From: Solirubrobacterales bacterium
GTDB lineage: Bacteria > Actinomycetota > Thermoleophilia > Solirubrobacterales > 70-9
Length of the DNA stretch: 32,360 nt
Assembly (NCBI GenBank): GCA_036280335.1
Contig: DASUQZ010000086.1
Location: forward strand, 1-32,360
Direction of reading: 5' to 3'
Below are positions 29,784 to 32,360 of this stretch, one piece after another (the stretch's first letter is position 1; each line of letters starts with the position of its first letter). Position numbers and translations under genes: made by a program. Below the pieces are notes generated by a model, which was not told where the DNA came from, did no database searches, and saw only the letters and a program-made list of their open reading frames with translations.

Positions 29784-31175
29784 ATGCGCAGCCACCTCAG
29801 TCCGCTCGATGCCGTCCTCCTCGAGTTGGAGCAGGAGGACCCGGCCGCGCAGATGCACGTCGGCTGGGTGTGCGTCTTCGACCCGCTGCCGAACGGGGAG
29901 CCGCCCTCGCCGGAGGAGCTGCGCGAGCAGGTGCGGGAGCGGATCGCCGAGAACTCCATGCTGCGACGGCGACTCTCGATACCCGCGGTCGGCCTCCTCA
30001 CCCTGCCGGTCTGGCTGCCCGACCCCGATCTCGACGTCGGCCAGATGATCCGCCACGCGACCCTTCCTCACCCCGGGAGCGAGGAGGAGCTGACGAAGTG
30101 GGTGGGGGACTACTTCTCGCAGCGTCTCGACCGCTCCCGCCCGCTCTGGGAGACGACGCTGCTGGACGGCCTCGAGGGAGGGCGCTGGGCCTACGTCACC
30201 AAGCTTCACCACAGTCTGGTCGACGGAATCAGCGGCGCGAACCTCGTCGCGGCACTGCTCGACACCGAACCGGAGCCCACACCCGAGGAGACCCAGAAAA
30301 AGCTGTCCGCGCTGGTCAACTGGTTCACGGAGGAATCGACGCGAGGCGTGCTGATGCGCATGCGCGGCGTGGTCGGCGAGGCGGTCAGCGGCGGCGTCGA
30401 CGCCGCGGTCCATCCGCCGAAGGTGCGGGAGATCCTCGCGAGGTCGCGGGCGATGACGGAGACGCTGCTCCGGGACGAGCTGACGCCGGCTCCGCCGACG
30501 AGCATCAACGAGCCGATCGGATCGAGCCGGCGCCTGGCGGGGGTGGACGTGCCGCTGGCGGATGTGGAGCGGGTGACCGAGGAGCTGGGGGGGACGCTCA
30601 ACGACGTCGTCCTGGCTGCGGTCGCCGGCGGCCTGCGGCGGCTCTTCGAGCACCGGCGCGAGGCGGTCGACAGCGTTCGCATCATGGCGCCGGTCGGATT
30701 GCGCCAGGCGAGCGAGGCGCTGGTTTGCGGGAGCGAGGTCTCCTCCCTCTTCGTCTCCCTGCCCGTCTCCGAGCCCGACCCCGTGGCCCGCTACCGCAAG
30801 ATCCTGGCGAGGACCGAGGAGGTGAAGGCCGGCGCCTCGGCTGGCGGCACGGACACGGCTGTGCTCGCCGGCCTCGAGCCCTCTCTCGTCCAGACCGTCG
30901 TCGCCCGCCTCACCTACACGCCGCGCCTCTTCACCGCCACCGTCACGCCCCTCGCCGTCGCCCCGTTCACCCTCTATTCCTTCGGGGCGCCGCTGCGGCG
31001 CGTCATCCCCCTCCTCCCGATCTTCTCGGCCCACGCCCTCAGCGTCACGGTCGTCAACTACGACGAAACCCTCTTCTTCGGCCTCCACGCCGATCGCGAC
31101 GCCATTCCCGACATCGAGGTGATGCGGGCCGGCATCGAGGCGGCTCTCCACGAGCTCGCGCCCGTAGCGGCCTAG
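29784..31175 (+). CDS. WS/DGAT wax ester synthase / diacylglycerol O-acyltransferase
   Basis: 463 aa with the catalytic motif HHSLVDG in 'YVTKLHHSLVDGISG'. The N-terminal 'LSPLDAVLLELE...QMHVG' is typical of WS/DGAT. Confidence 0.85.
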   Translation: MRSHLSPLDAVLLELEQEDPAAQMHVGWVCVFDPLPNGEPPSPEELREQVRERIAENSMLRRRLSIPAVGLLTLPVWLPDPDLDVGQMIRHATLPHPGSEEELTKWVGDYFSQRLDRSRPLWETTLLDGLEGGRWAYVTKLHHSLVDGISGANLVAALLDTEPEPTPEETQKKLSALVNWFTEESTRGVLMRMRGVVGEAVSGGVDAAVHPPKVREILARSRAMTETLLRDELTPAPPTSINEPIGSSRRLAGVDVPLADVERVTEELGGTLNDVVLAAVAGGLRRLFEHRREAVDSVRIMAPVGLRQASEALVCGSEVSSLFVSLPVSEPDPVARYRKILARTEEVKAGASAGGTDTAVLAGLEPSLVQTVVARLTYTPRLFTATVTPLAVAPFTLYSFGAPLRRVIPLLPIFSAHALSVTVVNYDETLFFGLHADRDAIPDIEVMRAGIEAALHELAPVAA

Positions 31176-31240
31176 AGGGGTGCCGAATGCGCTAGCTTTG
31201 GCGTCCCGGGCCGCACCCCATGGCCCGCCGCAGGTCCCCT

Positions 31241-31314
<74 letters not shown>

Positions 31315-31343
31315 CTCTTTCGCCTGGTCAGATCGGAGATGGT

Positions 31344-31431
31344 GCTGTCGGGATTTTCCGACAGCAGGAGATCCTGCCACTGTAGTCGTAATATCCCGAC
31401 AATCGCTCGTTGAGTGCTAATGTCGGGATAT
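31344..31431. promoter_or_regulatory. Two inverted-repeat pairs sharing a TGTCGGGA core (candidate HipB operators)
   Basis: GCTGTCGG-GATTTT-CCGACAGC at 31344-31365. ATATCCCGACA (31391-31401) and TGTCGGGATAT (31421-31431) are separated by 19 nt, and the right arm overlaps the hipB ATG. Both contain TATCC/GGATA-like cores. Confidence 0.5.
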
Positions 31432-31687
31432 GCCGACCAATGAACCCCCAGCGCCCCGCTGGCGCATCCGCGCTCCCGCCGACCTCGGGCGGGCGATCTC
31501 CGGCGCCCGCCGCAGCCGCGGCTGGACCCAGGAGCGTCTGGCCAGGGAGCTCGGGATCAAGCGCTCCTACGTCTCCGAGCTGGAGGCCGGCGCCTCGACC
31601 CTGGCCCTCGAACGCACCCTGCAGGCGCTACGGCGACTCGGCGCGGACGTCACCGTGACCCTGCCCGACGATGGCCCGCCGCAATAG
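31430..31687 (+). CDS. hipB: HipB-like XRE-family antitoxin / transcriptional regulator
   Basis: 85 aa. 'RRSRGWTQERLARELGIKRSYVSELEAGASTLALERTLQALRRLG' is an XRE HTH. Overlaps the downstream hipA-like gene by 17 nt. Confidence 0.75.
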   Translation: MPTNEPPAPRWRIRAPADLGRAISGARRSRGWTQERLARELGIKRSYVSELEAGASTLALERTLQALRRLGADVTVTLPDDGPPQ

Positions 31688-32360
31688 GTACCTAGGGGTC
31701 TGGCTCGACGGCCTGCGGGTCGCCCGGCTCGAGCGGGCCGGGGACGGAATCCGCTGCCGCTACACCGAGGAGGGGCTGGCGCTCGGGCCGTTGAACAGCC
31801 CGCTCCTCTCCTGCTCGCTGCCGCTCGACCCCCGCCCGCTCGACGCTCTCCCGTTCTGCGCCGGCCTGCTGCCGGAGGGGCAGGCGCTGCAGACGCTGGC
31901 CGAACAGGCGGGGCTGCCGGCCGGCGACGCGTTCGGGCTGCTCGCCCGCTACGGCCGCGACGTGGCCGGAGCGTTGGTGATCGTCCCCGGCGACGAGGAG
32001 CCCGACCCGGGCCAGTTCGGGGCAGAGCCATACGACGCGGAGACGCTGGCCGGCGCGGTTGCCGATCTCGACGACTTCCCCTTGGGGGCGCACGATGACT
32101 CGGAGCTGTCGCTGGCCGGGATCCAGGACAAGCTGCTCCTCGTCCGGCTCGCGGACGGCAGCTGGGGGAGGCCGACCGGCGGGCGCCCCTCGACCCACAT
32201 CCTCAAGCGCGACGACCTCCGCTTCCCGGGCCTGATCGAAGCCGAGGCGCATTGCCTGATCCTGGCGCGGGCAGCCGGCCTGACGGCGACCGACGTGGAG
32301 CTGACCGAGCTGGCCTCCCATCCCTGCCTGATCGTCTCCCGCTACGACCGCGAGGTCGAC
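31671..32360 (+). CDS. hipA: HipA-like serine/threonine kinase toxin (N-terminal part; runs off the window)
   Basis: Translated by hand from ATG 31671; it is absent from the ORF track because there is no stop in the window. The sequence reads 'MARRNRYLGVWLDGLRVARLERAG...LPFCAGLLPEGQ...' and continues '...SELSLAGIQDKLLLV...STHILKRDD...'. These are the HipA N-terminal/coupling-domain hallmarks. 230 codons are open to the window end. Confidence 0.75.
   Translation, partial: MARRNRYLGVWLDGLRVARLERAGDGIRCRYTEEGLALGPLNSPLLSCSLPLDPRPLDALPFCAGLLPEGQALQTLAEQAGLPAGDAFGLLARYGRDVAGALVIVPGDEEPDPGQFGAEPYDAETLAGAVADLDDFPLGAHDDSELSLAGIQDKLLLVRLADGSWGRPTGGRPSTHILKRDDLRFPGLIEAEAHCLILARAAGLTATDVELTELASHPCLIVSRYDREVD

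Overview
This is a high-G+C segment, above 70% by hand count of sample lines, and looks actinobacterial (Thermoleophilia/Rubrobacteria-like is an inference). It is densely packed with about 37 protein genes, many joined by 4-8 nt start/stop overlaps (GTGA, TTGA, ATGCCTGA), plus two tRNAs: Val-UAC at 10330-10402 and Asp-GUC at 31241-31314. I saw no rRNA, CRISPR array, integrase or transposase. Many long ORFs in the track are Arg/Pro/Gly-rich antisense shadows of real genes and were discarded.

Recognisable content, in order:
- an amino-acid dehydrogenase plus fumarate-lyase-family operon
- an operon of unknown protein(s), an acyl-ACP-reductase-like enzyme, an APC permease and an MMPL exporter
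- an XRE regulator, a USP-like membrane protein and a STAS protein
- a lower-G+C islet next to tRNA-Val with winged-helix proteins and an apparently frameshifted HEPN-like gene
- a membrane PAS-PAS-EAL c-di-GMP phosphodiesterase
- a TauE / DUF2236 / short FtsH-like operon
- a secreted 7-bladed 'delta-60' propeller protein
- a CFA-synthase / alpha-beta-hydrolase / MBL operon
- a secreted PG-binding protein
- a roughly 50% G+C cassette encoding a small secreted protein
- an MFS-FAH operon with a divergent MarR regulator
- a WS/DGAT acyltransferase
- a hipBA module after tRNA-Asp

The best candidates for something undescribed are:
1. The 3055-8452 operon. An unknown 153-aa ORF ends at an in-frame UGA, followed 11 nt later by a SECIS-like hairpin and an open frame or 38-codon micro-ORF. 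It is coupled to an AAR-like reductase, a permease and an MMPL transporter.
2. The integrase-less tRNA-Val islet, with a broken HEPN-like gene and paralogous wHTH proteins.
3. A triple 14-mer / 18-bp perfect palindrome at the CFA-synthase start.
4. The low-G+C secreted-protein cassette flanked by a duplicate of its own 3' end.

All functional calls come from motif recognition by eye. No database search was run.
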